A DNA stretch of 64,000 bases from an uncultured delta proteobacterium (GTDB taxonomy: Bacteria > Myxococcota_A > Polyangia > Fen-1088), in assembly GCA_963767925.1 (NCBI GenBank), contig CAVYGB010000008.1:1664001-1728000 (forward strand), written 5' to 3'. Both the position numbers and the translations under genes were made by a program. Of the stretch, positions 1-9,604 are shown piece after piece. Positions within the stretch are counted from its first letter, which is position 1; the number at the start of each line of letters is the position of its first letter. The notes beneath the pieces were generated by a model, which was given only the letters and a program-made list of their open reading frames with translations, ran no database searches and had not been told where the DNA came from.

Positions 1-1094
1 CCTTCACGATCGCGCTCGGGCGATCGCGGCCCGCCGAGGGTGAGAACGTCGACCTCATCTACTCGCGGCTGTCCCATCCCAACGCCGAGATCCTCGAGGA
101 CCAGGTGGTGCCGCTGGAGAAGGGGGCCCAGGAGGCCGCCGTCTTCAACTCGGGGATGGCCGCGATCTCGACCCTCTTCTTCGCCCTGTGCCCGCGGGGC
201 TCGAGCTTCGTCTACACGGTGCCCATCTACGGGGGCACCTTGCACCTCATCCATCAGCTCCTCGAGCCCCTGGGCTGGAAGGGCGTGCCGGTCATGGCCG
301 GCGACACCGAAGGCCTGAAGCAGGCCATCGCCGGAACGGCCGGCCTGCGCCTCGTGCTCATCGAGTCGCCCTCCAACCCGACCCTGCGGATGACCGACAT
401 CGCCGCCGCCACCGCCGCCGCCCGGGCCCGCACCGAGCGCCCGCTGGTGGCGGTGGACAACACCTTCCTCGGCCCCGTCTTCCAGCACCCCCTCGAGCAC
501 GGCGCCGACCTGGCGGTATATTCGGCCACCAAATACCTCGCCGGCAACAGCGACATGCTCGGCGGGGTGGTGCTCGGGCACGACCCGGAGCTCATCTCCA
601 GCTTGCGGGGCACGCGGGCCATCCTCGGCAACATCTTGCAGCCGGACGAGTGCTGGATGTTGCACAGCCGACTGCCCACCGTCGATCTGCGCATGAGCAG
701 GCAAGGGAAAAACGCCCAGCGCATCGCCGAGGCGCTGGCCGATCACCCCCGGGTCGCGGTCATGTATTACCCGACGCTGCTGCGCGAACCGGAGCAGATC
801 CGCATCCGGGAGGCGCAATGCCGCTTCCCGGGCGGGATCTTCGCCTTCGAGGTCAAGGGGGGCAAGGCGGGCGCCTTCGACTTCCTCCGGCGCCTGCGCA
901 TCACGAGGAATGCGGTGAGCCTGGGGGGCGTCGAGTCGCTCGCTTGCCACCCGGCCACGACGACCCACTCCGAGCTGTCGCGGGAGGAGCTGCAGCGCTA
1001 CGGCGTCAGCGATGCCCTGGTGCGCATCTCGGTGGGCGTCGAGGACTGGCGGGACCTGCTGGCCGAATACACGGGCGCGCTGGACGCCATGTGA
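1..1094 (+). CDS. PLP-dependent cystathionine gamma-synthase / methionine gamma-lyase family protein (5' end outside window)
   Basis: Frame open from position 3 (FTIALG...IYSRLSHPN); motifs FNSGMAAI, ESPSNPTL, VDNTF, YSATKYLAG (PLP lysine), SLGGVESL, RISVGVED. Confidence 0.92.
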   Translation, partial: FTIALGRSRPAEGENVDLIYSRLSHPNAEILEDQVVPLEKGAQEAAVFNSGMAAISTLFFALCPRGSSFVYTVPIYGGTLHLIHQLLEPLGWKGVPVMAGDTEGLKQAIAGTAGLRLVLIESPSNPTLRMTDIAAATAAARARTERPLVAVDNTFLGPVFQHPLEHGADLAVYSATKYLAGNSDMLGGVVLGHDPELISSLRGTRAILGNILQPDECWMLHSRLPTVDLRMSRQGKNAQRIAEALADHPRVAVMYYPTLLREPEQIRIREAQCRFPGGIFAFEVKGGKAGAFDFLRRLRITRNAVSLGGVESLACHPATTTHSELSREELQRYGVSDALVRISVGVEDWRDLLAEYTGALDAM

Positions 1095-1101
1095 CCGGAA
1101 T

Positions 1102-1124
1102 CCGCCGCTGAACGGCGGGCATTT
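1102..1124 (+). terminator. Possible weak intrinsic terminator hairpin
   Basis: CCGCCG-ctgaa-CGGCGG followed by gcattt just after the stop at 1094; T tract is short. Confidence 0.3.
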
Positions 1125-1266
1125 CGCCTCGACGGGCCGCAAAACGCCCGGCCACCGACGCGCGGACACCCGGGTGGTGGGGCCCGCAGGGGTTATGGCG
1201 TCCGCCGGTGCGATTCGGTAAAAGGGGGGCCAGCCGTGCCGCCGGCGGTTCCCCCTCACCGTCGCC

Positions 1267-2937
1267 ATGTTCGATAGGTTCCACTTCCTCAAGCGACTCG
1301 ACGCCGACGCGCGAACGTTCGGCATCGGGTATCTGCTGTTGCTCCCCTTCTACCTGGCGCCCCTGCTGGTGACGCGTTTCCTCCCGGGGCTGGACCTCCC
1401 CTTCCACCTCGCGATGGCGGACATGCTGAGCAAGCAGGGGGAGGCCAGCAACCCCTACCAACCGTTTTATCAGGGGGGCTTCGACGTGGCCCCCTACGCG
1501 GCCCATTACCTGGCGCTGCGGGGGTTCGGTCTGGTGATGCCCCTGATGGCGGCGCACAAGCTGATCGTCGCCCTCTACGTCGCCGCTTTCCCGCTGGCCG
1601 CGGCGCTGCTGCTGGACGCCGGCGGGCGTAGCCGGGTGCCCGCCCTGCTGGCCTTCCCCCTGGCCTACAACCTCTCGCTCCACTACGGCTTCGTCAGCTT
1701 CGCCATCTCGGTGCCGGTGATGCTCACCTTGCTGGCCTGCCTGGCGCGGTTCCTCGACGAGCCCGAGACGAACTTCTGGCTGGGGGGGGGCGCCGCGGGG
1801 GCGGCCGTCCTGCTGTTCCTCTGTCACCTGCAGAACTTCCTCTTCGGCCTGTGCGCGGCGCTCACCTTCCTGGTCTTCGGCCGGTACGCCTGGCGGCGCC
1901 GGCTGCTGGGAATGGCCACCCTCCTGCCGGCCACCGGCCTGCTCCTGATCTGGCACTGGACCCGGGAGTTCACCGCGCCCGCCGCCGGCGATCGCCGATC
2001 CTGGACCTACGTCTGGGAGGTCTTCCGGGCCCGTCGGCAGATCGAGACCCTGGGGCGTCCGTGGATCGACGAGACCACCGATCGCCTGCAGATCTTGCCG
2101 ATCCACCTGCTGCGCGGCTTCACCGACAAGGTCGACGTCCTGGCCGCCAAGCTCGTGCTGATCGTGCTGGCCGGTTATCTCCTGCTGGGGATCGTGGCCC
2201 TCCTGGAGCGGAAGGGGCCCAGCTTCCGGCCCCGGCTGCGGGTGGCCGGCCTGGTCGTGTTCGCGGGCGCGCTCGGCGCCTATCTGATGCTCCCGCACCA
2301 CCTGCCCGAATACGAGCTGATGACGTTTTATCCCCGCTTTTCGGTGCTGGCGGTCGTCGCCGCCCTGCTCCTGATCCCCGCTTCGCTGCGGCGGCTGGGG
2401 GGGCTGTGTCGGCCGCTGGTGCTCCTGCCCGCGCTGCTCGTGACCGGCGGTTACGGCTTCGAGCTCATCCGGCACTATCGGTATTACGACCGCGAGGTCG
2501 CCGACTTCGACGCCGTGGTGAAGAAGGTCCCGCCTGGCGGGCGGGCCATGGGCCTCGTCTACGACCGCAACTCGCGGGTCATGCGCATCGAGTCCGCCCT
2601 GATCGGGCTGCCCAACCTCTATCCCGCGCTGCGACCGGGCCCCAGCACCATGGTCCCGCTCCAGTACTGCGGCATGCGGCACATGCCCTGCCGCATGACC
2701 GCCCCCCCCAAGTTCCCCCCGGCCCCCAGCGTCTGGTCCCCCGCGGGGCTGCAGCCCGATCCGGCCATCGACTACTTCGACTACTTCTTCGTCCGCCTGC
2801 CCCCCTACCGCCCCATCTTCGGCGAAGGTCTCAGCCGGCTGGAGCTGCTGGCCCAGGAAGGATCCTGGCTGGTCTATCGTCGCAAACCGCCCACCCCCGA
2901 ACACGCGACGAGCGCGGCCGCCTCACCGCCGCCCTGA
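1267..2937 (+). CDS. Polytopic membrane protein, possible GT-C-fold glycosyltransferase
   Basis: About 11-12 hydrophobic segments; DLPFH motif in first external loop; soluble C-terminal domain. Confidence 0.7.
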   Translation: MFDRFHFLKRLDADARTFGIGYLLLLPFYLAPLLVTRFLPGLDLPFHLAMADMLSKQGEASNPYQPFYQGGFDVAPYAAHYLALRGFGLVMPLMAAHKLIVALYVAAFPLAAALLLDAGGRSRVPALLAFPLAYNLSLHYGFVSFAISVPVMLTLLACLARFLDEPETNFWLGGGAAGAAVLLFLCHLQNFLFGLCAALTFLVFGRYAWRRRLLGMATLLPATGLLLIWHWTREFTAPAAGDRRSWTYVWEVFRARRQIETLGRPWIDETTDRLQILPIHLLRGFTDKVDVLAAKLVLIVLAGYLLLGIVALLERKGPSFRPRLRVAGLVVFAGALGAYLMLPHHLPEYELMTFYPRFSVLAVVAALLLIPASLRRLGGLCRPLVLLPALLVTGGYGFELIRHYRYYDREVADFDAVVKKVPPGGRAMGLVYDRNSRVMRIESALIGLPNLYPALRPGPSTMVPLQYCGMRHMPCRMTAPPKFPPAPSVWSPAGLQPDPAIDYFDYFFVRLPPYRPIFGEGLSRLELLAQEGSWLVYRRKPPTPEHATSAAASPPP

Positions 2938-2952
2938 GCGGACGCGCTTCGA

Positions 2953-4764
2953 TCAGAGCGCGGCGGGCGAACTGGCGTTTCCGCTGAGCTCCTCGAGGGC
3001 CCGGCGAACGGCGCCCGACTCGATGGCCGCGAGATGCCGGACGGTGGGCGCCAGCTCGCCCATGGGAAACCCCCGCAGGCGCACCAGCGCGCGCTCGTAG
3101 ATCGGTCCCCGCTCGCGGCGGAGCACGTCGAGCAGGAAATACCCCGCCTCCAGGTTGCCGATGTCGGCGATGGCGTCGAGGGCGGCCAGCCGCACCGCCG
3201 TCTCGGGGAACTCACGAAAGATCCGGCCCAGCGGCTCGAGGCCGTCGCGGAAGTGGAGCGCCCGCAGAGCGCGGAGGGCGCCCTGACGGACCATCTCGTC
3301 CGGATCGACCAGCCCCTGCCGGACCAGGCCGAAGCTGCGCTTGCAATACACCTGGGCCACCGCCGCCATCACCCGCGCGCGCACCCGCCCTTCGCGGTGC
3401 AGGGCCAGGTGCTCGAGCGGGCGCAGCACCTCGTAGACCTGCACGGCGCCGAGGGCGTCGGCCAGGTCGGAGGCCGCCCCCGCCTCGTCGAGAGAGATGT
3501 TCTCGTCCACGCAGTGGAGCAGGGCCCGCAGCGCGGCCCGGGCGAAGGGGGCGTGATCGACCCGCTCGACGACCACGTAGGCCAGCACCGGCACAGGCCG
3601 GCCATCGAGCTCCCACTCGATGATGTCCTGGCGCCACACGTCCTGGTAGGCGTCGGTGCGGCGCAGGTAGTCCGGGAAGGAGGGGCCCGGGGCGGCCCGT
3701 TCGCCCTTGGCCCGGAAGCGCGCGGCCAGCGCGGCGTAGCGCTCCTTGCGCTTGGGAGCCAGCGGCAGCTCGGCCGCCGCCGCATACAGCTCGGCGCAGA
3801 AGACGAGATCGCCCATCGCCGCGCTGACGTCGATGGCCGAGACGAGCGCGTTTTCGGCCATCTCGCTCGGTCCCCCGGCCGCCATGGTGTGGCGGGCCGC
3901 CTCGGCGAACAGGGTGGCCGCCCGCTGCCGGTAGTGGCGCTCGTAGAGCAGCCCGACCTTGGCACAATATTCGGCGGCTTCCCGGGCCAGGGTGGCGGCG
4001 GCCTGCCACTCCCGGCTCTGGACGGCGTAGGCCAGGAAGTCCTCGTAGTACTGCAGGACATAGAACTTCTGATCGTCGGCGGCCAGCAGGCGGATGGCGT
4101 TGAGGTACCCCTCGGCGACGTTCTCGAACGACCCGGTGTCGCGCCCCAGGCGCAGCAGGATCCCGTAGCAGTCGAAGGCGCGCTCGCGCTGGCCCCGCCG
4201 CTCGAACTCGTCGGCCAGCTCCTCGAGCATCTCCTGGGTGGCGGCCGAGACCCGGCGGGCCGCCGTGTGGTCGCCGACGCGGCGGAGGGCCTCGGCGAGG
4301 TTGAAGTGGACGAGGGCCCGCTCGTAGGGCCGGTCCCGCAGGCGGTCGTCGCGCAGGAGCTGCTCCCAGAGCACCCGGGCGGCCGAGGGCTCGTTGGCGG
4401 CGTCGAGCTCCAGGGCGGCCAGCGCGGGGAAGCGCGCCCGGGCCAGGACCTCGGCGGCCTCGCGCCGCTGACCCCGGCGGGAGGCGGCCAGGGCCCACTC
4501 CACCGGCAGCGTCTCGGGATCGAAGCAGCGCTCGGCGTCGAGGAACCGGCGCAGGGCGAGCAGCACGTAGCCCGCCTCTCGCTTGCGAGACAGGAGCTGG
4601 TAGGCGGTGAGGGTGCCCTCCAGCCAGCTCTCGTACAGCCCGGGCTCGAAGACCGTCGTCCGGCGCAGCAGCGAGCGGTAGAGGGAGAGCGCCTCGCCGG
4701 GCCGGCCGGTGCGCAGCGAGCGGTCGGCCCGCTCCTTGAGATCGATCTCCTCCCGGGTCGGCAT
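2953..4764 (-). CDS. TPR-like / HEAT repeat alpha-solenoid protein
   Basis: Helical repeats; C-terminal HEAT signatures (LVDPDEMVRQGALRAL, VRLAALDAIADIG). Confidence 0.8.
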   Translation of the reverse strand: MPTREEIDLKERADRSLRTGRPGEALSLYRSLLRRTTVFEPGLYESWLEGTLTAYQLLSRKREAGYVLLALRRFLDAERCFDPETLPVEWALAASRRGQRREAAEVLARARFPALAALELDAANEPSAARVLWEQLLRDDRLRDRPYERALVHFNLAEALRRVGDHTAARRVSAATQEMLEELADEFERRGQRERAFDCYGILLRLGRDTGSFENVAEGYLNAIRLLAADDQKFYVLQYYEDFLAYAVQSREWQAAATLAREAAEYCAKVGLLYERHYRQRAATLFAEAARHTMAAGGPSEMAENALVSAIDVSAAMGDLVFCAELYAAAAELPLAPKRKERYAALAARFRAKGERAAPGPSFPDYLRRTDAYQDVWRQDIIEWELDGRPVPVLAYVVVERVDHAPFARAALRALLHCVDENISLDEAGAASDLADALGAVQVYEVLRPLEHLALHREGRVRARVMAAVAQVYCKRSFGLVRQGLVDPDEMVRQGALRALRALHFRDGLEPLGRIFREFPETAVRLAALDAIADIGNLEAGYFLLDVLRRERGPIYERALVRLRGFPMGELAPTVRHLAAIESGAVRRALEELSGNASSPAAL

Positions 4765-4770
4765 GGACCG

Positions 4771-6228
4771 CTAGAGTTTAGCCGGCTCGGCGGCGTCGCG
4801 CGTGCTGGCCACCACGTCGCTGACGACGTCGAGAGCCCGGCGCCGGCGGTCGGAGGGATGGGCGATCGATTCGGCGGAGATGATCTGGTGCCCCGAGAGC
4901 AAGGGCAGGTACTCGAGGTCGAGCGGCTGGGTCGGCAGCACGAAGATGCCGTACACGGCGGCGTGTCGGCGCAGCGCCTGCATGACCGCCACCGGGATGT
5001 GGCATTCGCCGTGGGTGATGACCGTGATGGCCACCTGTCGCCCCGAGCTGTCGCGCCCCGGTCGGGCGAGCTCGTCGCGCAGCTCCCCGAACACGCGCGC
5101 GTAGTTGCGCCCCTGCTCCGACCGGAAGCAGAGCAGGTAAGGCAGCTCGCGGCCGCCGAGGGCCCCCGCCTCGACCCGCCGGTGCAGTCGGCTGTCGAAG
5201 AACGACAGCCAGACCTCGCCGCCCAGGAGGGTCAGCTTCCGGGCCAGGGCCAGCCCCAGGCCGCGGGCCACCACCTCCCGCGATCCCCGCATCGAGGCGC
5301 TGGCGTCGATCAGGATGCCGTGGGTCCGCTTGTGACCTTCGTTGGGCCGCTGGTGGCCGTAATAGAGGAGCTCTTCGGACAGGGCCCGCTGGGCGAAGAT
5401 CTCGGAGTCGTGGGCCAGCTCGCCCGGCAGGAGGGCGTCGAGGCTCCCCCGCCGCTCGACCGACGCGTACCCATCGACGGCGAACCGCTGCACCGCCGCG
5501 GCCCGCTTTGTCTCCAGCAGGGAGGGCAGGAGCTGCAGCGAGAACTCGGCGATCTGGCCGGCCCCCACCGTATTGGCGAGCTGGTACAGGTCCGGGAGAT
5601 CGGGCAGCGCGGTCGACGAGGAGAGGCCGAACAGGCGAAACACTCCCAGCTCGGTCTGCTCCAGCCGCACCAGGAGAATGCCCTGCTCCTCGCCGAGCGC
5701 CTTGAGGAAGCCCACCGCCCAGTCGGGCGGCTGCTGCCGGCGCAGGTCGGCGAGGGGGCGGCTGTAGAGGGGTGAGGCCAGCGGCAGCAGGGGCAACAGA
5801 CCGACCGTCCGTTCGCCGGCCGCCCAGCGCCGGTGCAGGTCGCCGAGCAGCCGGGCCAGCAGGATGACCACCACCTCGTCCCGCAGAGCGACGGCCCCCT
5901 CCAGGGCGGCGCGCGCCTCCGAGCCGGCCACCGCCTCCAGCAACAGCCGATAGCGGGCCACCGCCGCCGCTTCGGCCCCCGGCGCCCGCCCGGGCAGGCG
6001 GGGCCCCGGCCCCTCCCGCAGGCGGGTGCCGCGGGGGCGGGACAGCAACAGCCCCAGGTCGTGGACCGCCACCAGGGGGGGCGACAGCCCGAGCTTGACC
6101 AGCCCGTTCCACCAGACCGCCGCCTGCAGGGCGCTGCCGGCGGCCGGCTCGACCCCGGCGAAGCCCAGCGTGGCGAGCTGCCGCGCCAGCTCTGCCTCCC
6201 CCCGCGCGCTGTCCGCCAGGTGATCCAC
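4771..6228 (-). CDS. VWA domain protein (ViaA/CoxE-like MoxR partner type)
   Basis: MIDAS DxSxS motif ILIDASASMRG; preceding GSLDALLPGELA...EELLYY segment; ITVITHGE. Confidence 0.8.
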   Translation of the reverse strand: MDHLADSARGEAELARQLATLGFAGVEPAAGSALQAAVWWNGLVKLGLSPPLVAVHDLGLLLSRPRGTRLREGPGPRLPGRAPGAEAAAVARYRLLLEAVAGSEARAALEGAVALRDEVVVILLARLLGDLHRRWAAGERTVGLLPLLPLASPLYSRPLADLRRQQPPDWAVGFLKALGEEQGILLVRLEQTELGVFRLFGLSSSTALPDLPDLYQLANTVGAGQIAEFSLQLLPSLLETKRAAAVQRFAVDGYASVERRGSLDALLPGELAHDSEIFAQRALSEELLYYGHQRPNEGHKRTHGILIDASASMRGSREVVARGLGLALARKLTLLGGEVWLSFFDSRLHRRVEAGALGGRELPYLLCFRSEQGRNYARVFGELRDELARPGRDSSGRQVAITVITHGECHIPVAVMQALRRHAAVYGIFVLPTQPLDLEYLPLLSGHQIISAESIAHPSDRRRRALDVVSDVVASTRDAAEPAKL

Positions 6229-6274
6229 GACGGAGAGACGTTAGCAGAAATGGCGGAGCCGGCCGCCCGTCGAG

Positions 6275-7138
6275 CTAGGCGGCGGCGCCTCCAGGTCGTC
6301 GTCGGGCGGAGATGAGGGTGTTTTCCAGCAACATGGCGATGGTCATGGGGCCCACCCCGCCGGGGACGGGGCTGATGGCCGCCGCGCGCTCCCGGGCCGG
6401 AGCGAACTCGACGTCTCCCACCAGCCGGCCGTCGGGGAGGCGGTTGGTGCCGACGTCGATCACCACCGCCCCTTCCTTGATCCAGGCGCCGCGGATCGCC
6501 TCGGGGCGGCCCAGGGCGGCCACCACGATGTCCGCGCGCGTGATCTCGGCGCCCAGGTCGCGGGTGCGGGAGTGGCACACGGTCACGGTGGCGTCCGCGG
6601 CTTGCAGGAGCAGGGCCATCGGCTTGCCGACGATGTTGGAGCGGCCGACGACGACCGCCCGGGCCCCTGCGAGCTGCGCGCCCCCCTCGGCGAGCAGCCT
6701 CATCACGCCGCTGGGGGTGCAGGCCACGAAGCGGGGGTCGCCCACCAGCAGACGCCCGAGGTTGTCGGGGTGGAACCCGTCGACGTCCTTGGCGGGATCG
6801 ATCGCCAGCAGCAGGCGGCGGCTGTCGACGTGGGCCGGGAGCGGGAGCTGCACCAGGATGCCGTCGACCGCCGGGTCGGCGTTGAGGCGGCGGACCAGGT
6901 CGAGCAGCGTGGCCTCGGACGTGTCGGCCGGCAGATGGTGGTCGAAGGTGCGAAACCCGACCTCGGCGCAGGCCCGGGTCTTGTTGCGGACGTAGACCTG
7001 GGAGGCAGGGTCCTCTCCCACCAGCACGACGGCGAGGCCGGGTTGGACCCCGGAGGGGGCCAGCCGGCGGACCTCCTCCGCGATGCCGGTGCGGATCCGT
7101 TGCGCCAGCGCCTTGCCATCGATGATCGTCGCCGCCAT
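6275..7138 (-). CDS. folD: Bifunctional methylenetetrahydrofolate dehydrogenase/cyclohydrolase
   Basis: [49 protein letters not shown]. Confidence 0.97.
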   Translation of the reverse strand: MAATIIDGKALAQRIRTGIAEEVRRLAPSGVQPGLAVVLVGEDPASQVYVRNKTRACAEVGFRTFDHHLPADTSEATLLDLVRRLNADPAVDGILVQLPLPAHVDSRRLLLAIDPAKDVDGFHPDNLGRLLVGDPRFVACTPSGVMRLLAEGGAQLAGARAVVVGRSNIVGKPMALLLQAADATVTVCHSRTRDLGAEITRADIVVAALGRPEAIRGAWIKEGAVVIDVGTNRLPDGRLVGDVEFAPARERAAAISPVPGGVGPMTIAMLLENTLISARRRPGGAAA

Positions 7139-7275
7139 GGCAGCGCGCTTAGCACATCAGCGGGCCCACCGCCAAGGCGGTGCGGAATCCGGAGGGGCGT
7201 CCGGTTTCCCCGCTGCCGGTGGTCGAGGTCCGGCGGCCGGATCGCCTCGCTCGCGGCGGCGCGCGGGGTCGCGGC

Positions 7276-7290
7276 CGGCACGGGGTTTGC
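7276..7290 (+). promoter_or_regulatory. Putative sigma-54 (-24/-12) promoter
   Basis: CGGCACGGGGTTTGC matches TGGCAC-N5-TTGC (GG-N10-GC), ending 13 nt before ATG 7304. Confidence 0.55.
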
Positions 7291-7303
7291 CGTCCCCTGG
7301 CCC

Positions 7304-9169
7304 ATGAGCCCGGCTTCTCTCTCGTGCCTGCTGGCGACCCTGGCGGCGGACGTACGCCTCGTGGCCAGCGGCGATCTCGTCGCGGTCCTGGAGGAGGCGG
7401 AGGTGCGGGTCTTCTCGCAAGACGGGCGGCTGCTCACCCGGCTCCCGGGCGCGCCGGAGCCACCTCCACCCGAGGCGACCGCCCGGACCGAGGGCGAGGC
7501 GCTGCGCGAGGGGATCTTCGACCTTCACGACATCCCGCTCGAGCTGCGCGACTCGCCCGAGGCCGAGGATCTGCTCGACGACGAGCTGCCGCTGTCCGCC
7601 CGTCGGGCGCCACCCGGGTCGGCGGGCGACCTCGGGTACCAGCCGGGCCGGGCGCTCGCCGCCGCGGACGGCGCGGGCGGCGTGTGGCTCGCCAGGGGCC
7701 GGCACCTCACCCGGATCGCGCCGGCGCGCGGGACCATCCGCCTCGCCTCCCTGCCGGTCGCGCCGGGGGCGATGGCCGCCGCCGCCGGCGTGCTGGTCCT
7801 GGCCACGCCGGGCGGCCTGCGCGTCTCGGCCGACGGTGGGCACGGGTTGCGAACGCTCGTCGGGCTCGAGCGGGCAGCGATCCACCTGGCCGCGCATCCG
7901 GCGCTTCGCTGGATCGCCTGGTCGGATGGCTCGGGGGTCCGGGCGTGGCGTGGTTCGGGGGTCGAGCGGGTCGCCGTGCTCGGGGACGTCCACGCCCTCG
8001 CGAGCTGCGGGGGCGGACTCGTGGTGCTGACCTCCGCGGGCCTCTACGTCGGCAACGGAGATGGCCCGCCGGTGCGGGTGTCGGAGCCGTTGCCGGCCGC
8101 GACGATGAGCTGCCCGCCATCGGGGCCTGGCGCCTGGCTGTTCGCGGGGGACGGCCTGCTCGAGTCGATCGACGGAGGGCAGAGCTTCCGCCCGCGGGCG
8201 GATGCGCCCCCCGGGCCGCTGCGGGCGGTGGCGCAGGCGGGCGATCGGATCTGGGTCGCTTCTGTCGATGGCATCCACCTCCTGGGGGCCGAGCCAGCAC
8301 CAGTGCTCGCGCGCGCGCTGTCCGGCGAGCTTGCCACCGGCGTCCTGGCGCCCGCGACGCCGGGCTGGGCCGCCTGGCTGGCGCCCCGCCTGACGATGAC
8401 CGCCAGCTACCAGCGGACAGCCAGGCGGAGGGACTGGCGCGCCCTGGCCCTCGCCGAGGTCCCGCTGGGAGGAGCCGACCCGGCGCTGCGATACCCCACC
8501 TTGCAGGTCCGGCGGGCGGCTCTGACCGACCCGACCGGGGCCGAGCAGGTCTCCCCACACGCCCCCGCTCCGCCCTACCCGTTCGCTCCGTCCTCGCCTC
8601 TGGTGTCGCCGCCGCTCGCGCCGCGGTTCACCTACCCGCCCCGCGACCCTGACGCCGCCTGCCTGCTAGCCACCCGGACCCGCGCTGTGGCCCTCGCCCA
8701 GGCGGAGGCGGAGCGGGCGCGCTCGCTGGTGGTCCGGGCCGGGCGGGCGGCCTGGCTCCCCGAGCTGCGCCTGCTGGCCCAGCGGCGTCTCGGCCGCAGC
8801 GAGTCCCTCGATGTGCGGACCAGCGCGAGCACGACAACGCGTGACGCGCTTGGGCTCGATGCTTCGAATGACGTACGATACGAGGTGAGGGCAACCTGGG
8901 ACCTTCCCCGGCTGATCTTCAGCCCCGAGGAGGTAGCCGCCGTGCAACAGGGCTTAAGAATCGCGGACATGAGACGAGAGATCGAGGCGCAGGTGAACCG
9001 CGTTTACTTCGAGCGACGCCGCCTCCTCGTGAACCCCGCCGGTGACCCGCCGATCGAGGCCACGGGTGCCTTGCTGCGTGTCGAGGAGCTCGAGGCGGAG
9101 CTGGACGCCCTCAGCGGCAGTGAGTTCTCGCGTTGCCGCGCCATCGGGGCCTCCCGTCTCGGCCCATGA
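7304..9169 (+). CDS. Hypothetical protein: BNR/beta-propeller-like N-terminal region plus helical, outer-membrane-efflux-like C-terminal region
   Basis: ATG 7304 in the 6572..9169 frame; Asp-box repeats SADGG and SIDGGQSF; C-terminal AAWLPELRL...ATWDLPRLIF...VNRVYFERRR. Confidence 0.65.
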   Translation: MSPASLSCLLATLAADVRLVASGDLVAVLEEAEVRVFSQDGRLLTRLPGAPEPPPPEATARTEGEALREGIFDLHDIPLELRDSPEAEDLLDDELPLSARRAPPGSAGDLGYQPGRALAAADGAGGVWLARGRHLTRIAPARGTIRLASLPVAPGAMAAAAGVLVLATPGGLRVSADGGHGLRTLVGLERAAIHLAAHPALRWIAWSDGSGVRAWRGSGVERVAVLGDVHALASCGGGLVVLTSAGLYVGNGDGPPVRVSEPLPAATMSCPPSGPGAWLFAGDGLLESIDGGQSFRPRADAPPGPLRAVAQAGDRIWVASVDGIHLLGAEPAPVLARALSGELATGVLAPATPGWAAWLAPRLTMTASYQRTARRRDWRALALAEVPLGGADPALRYPTLQVRRAALTDPTGAEQVSPHAPAPPYPFAPSSPLVSPPLAPRFTYPPRDPDAACLLATRTRAVALAQAEAERARSLVVRAGRAAWLPELRLLAQRRLGRSESLDVRTSASTTTRDALGLDASNDVRYEVRATWDLPRLIFSPEEVAAVQQGLRIADMRREIEAQVNRVYFERRRLLVNPAGDPPIEATGALLRVEELEAELDALSGSEFSRCRAIGASRLGP

Positions 9170-9600
9170 GCCAGCCACCGGAGCCGCGCCGCCATCCGCG
9201 CTATGCCGTCGACGTCGACGCCGCGATCACGCTGAGCGATGGCCGACGGCTGCGGATGCGCACGCGAGATCTATCGCGCAACGGGGTCTGCCTGATCGCA
9301 GGCGAGCTCGTGTCGCCCGGCCAGCGGTCCTCTGTCGATCTGGTGCTCTCGTTTGGCAACAACGCCTTCTCGGAGCCGCTGGTCCTGTCGGCGCGGGTGG
9401 TCTGGTGCACGAAGATCGGGGACGCGTTCCAGCTCGGGGCCATGTTCGACGAGGTGAGCGAGGAGCAAGACGGATTCCTCGAGATGTTCCTGCATTTCCT
9501 CGACGGCACCATCACCCCGAGCGGGGTTCACATCGCCGACGAGGAGCCGGCCCGGGCGCCGCCCAGCCCGGACGACAAGGACAACCCCTTCCGGGGTTGA
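9166..9600 (+). CDS. PilZ domain protein
   Basis: RRHPR and DLSRNG c-di-GMP motifs; ATGA overlap with upstream gene. Confidence 0.88.
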   Translation: MSQPPEPRRHPRYAVDVDAAITLSDGRRLRMRTRDLSRNGVCLIAGELVSPGQRSSVDLVLSFGNNAFSEPLVLSARVVWCTKIGDAFQLGAMFDEVSEEQDGFLEMFLHFLDGTITPSGVHIADEEPARAPPSPDDKDNPFRG

Positions 9601-9604
9601 GCCT

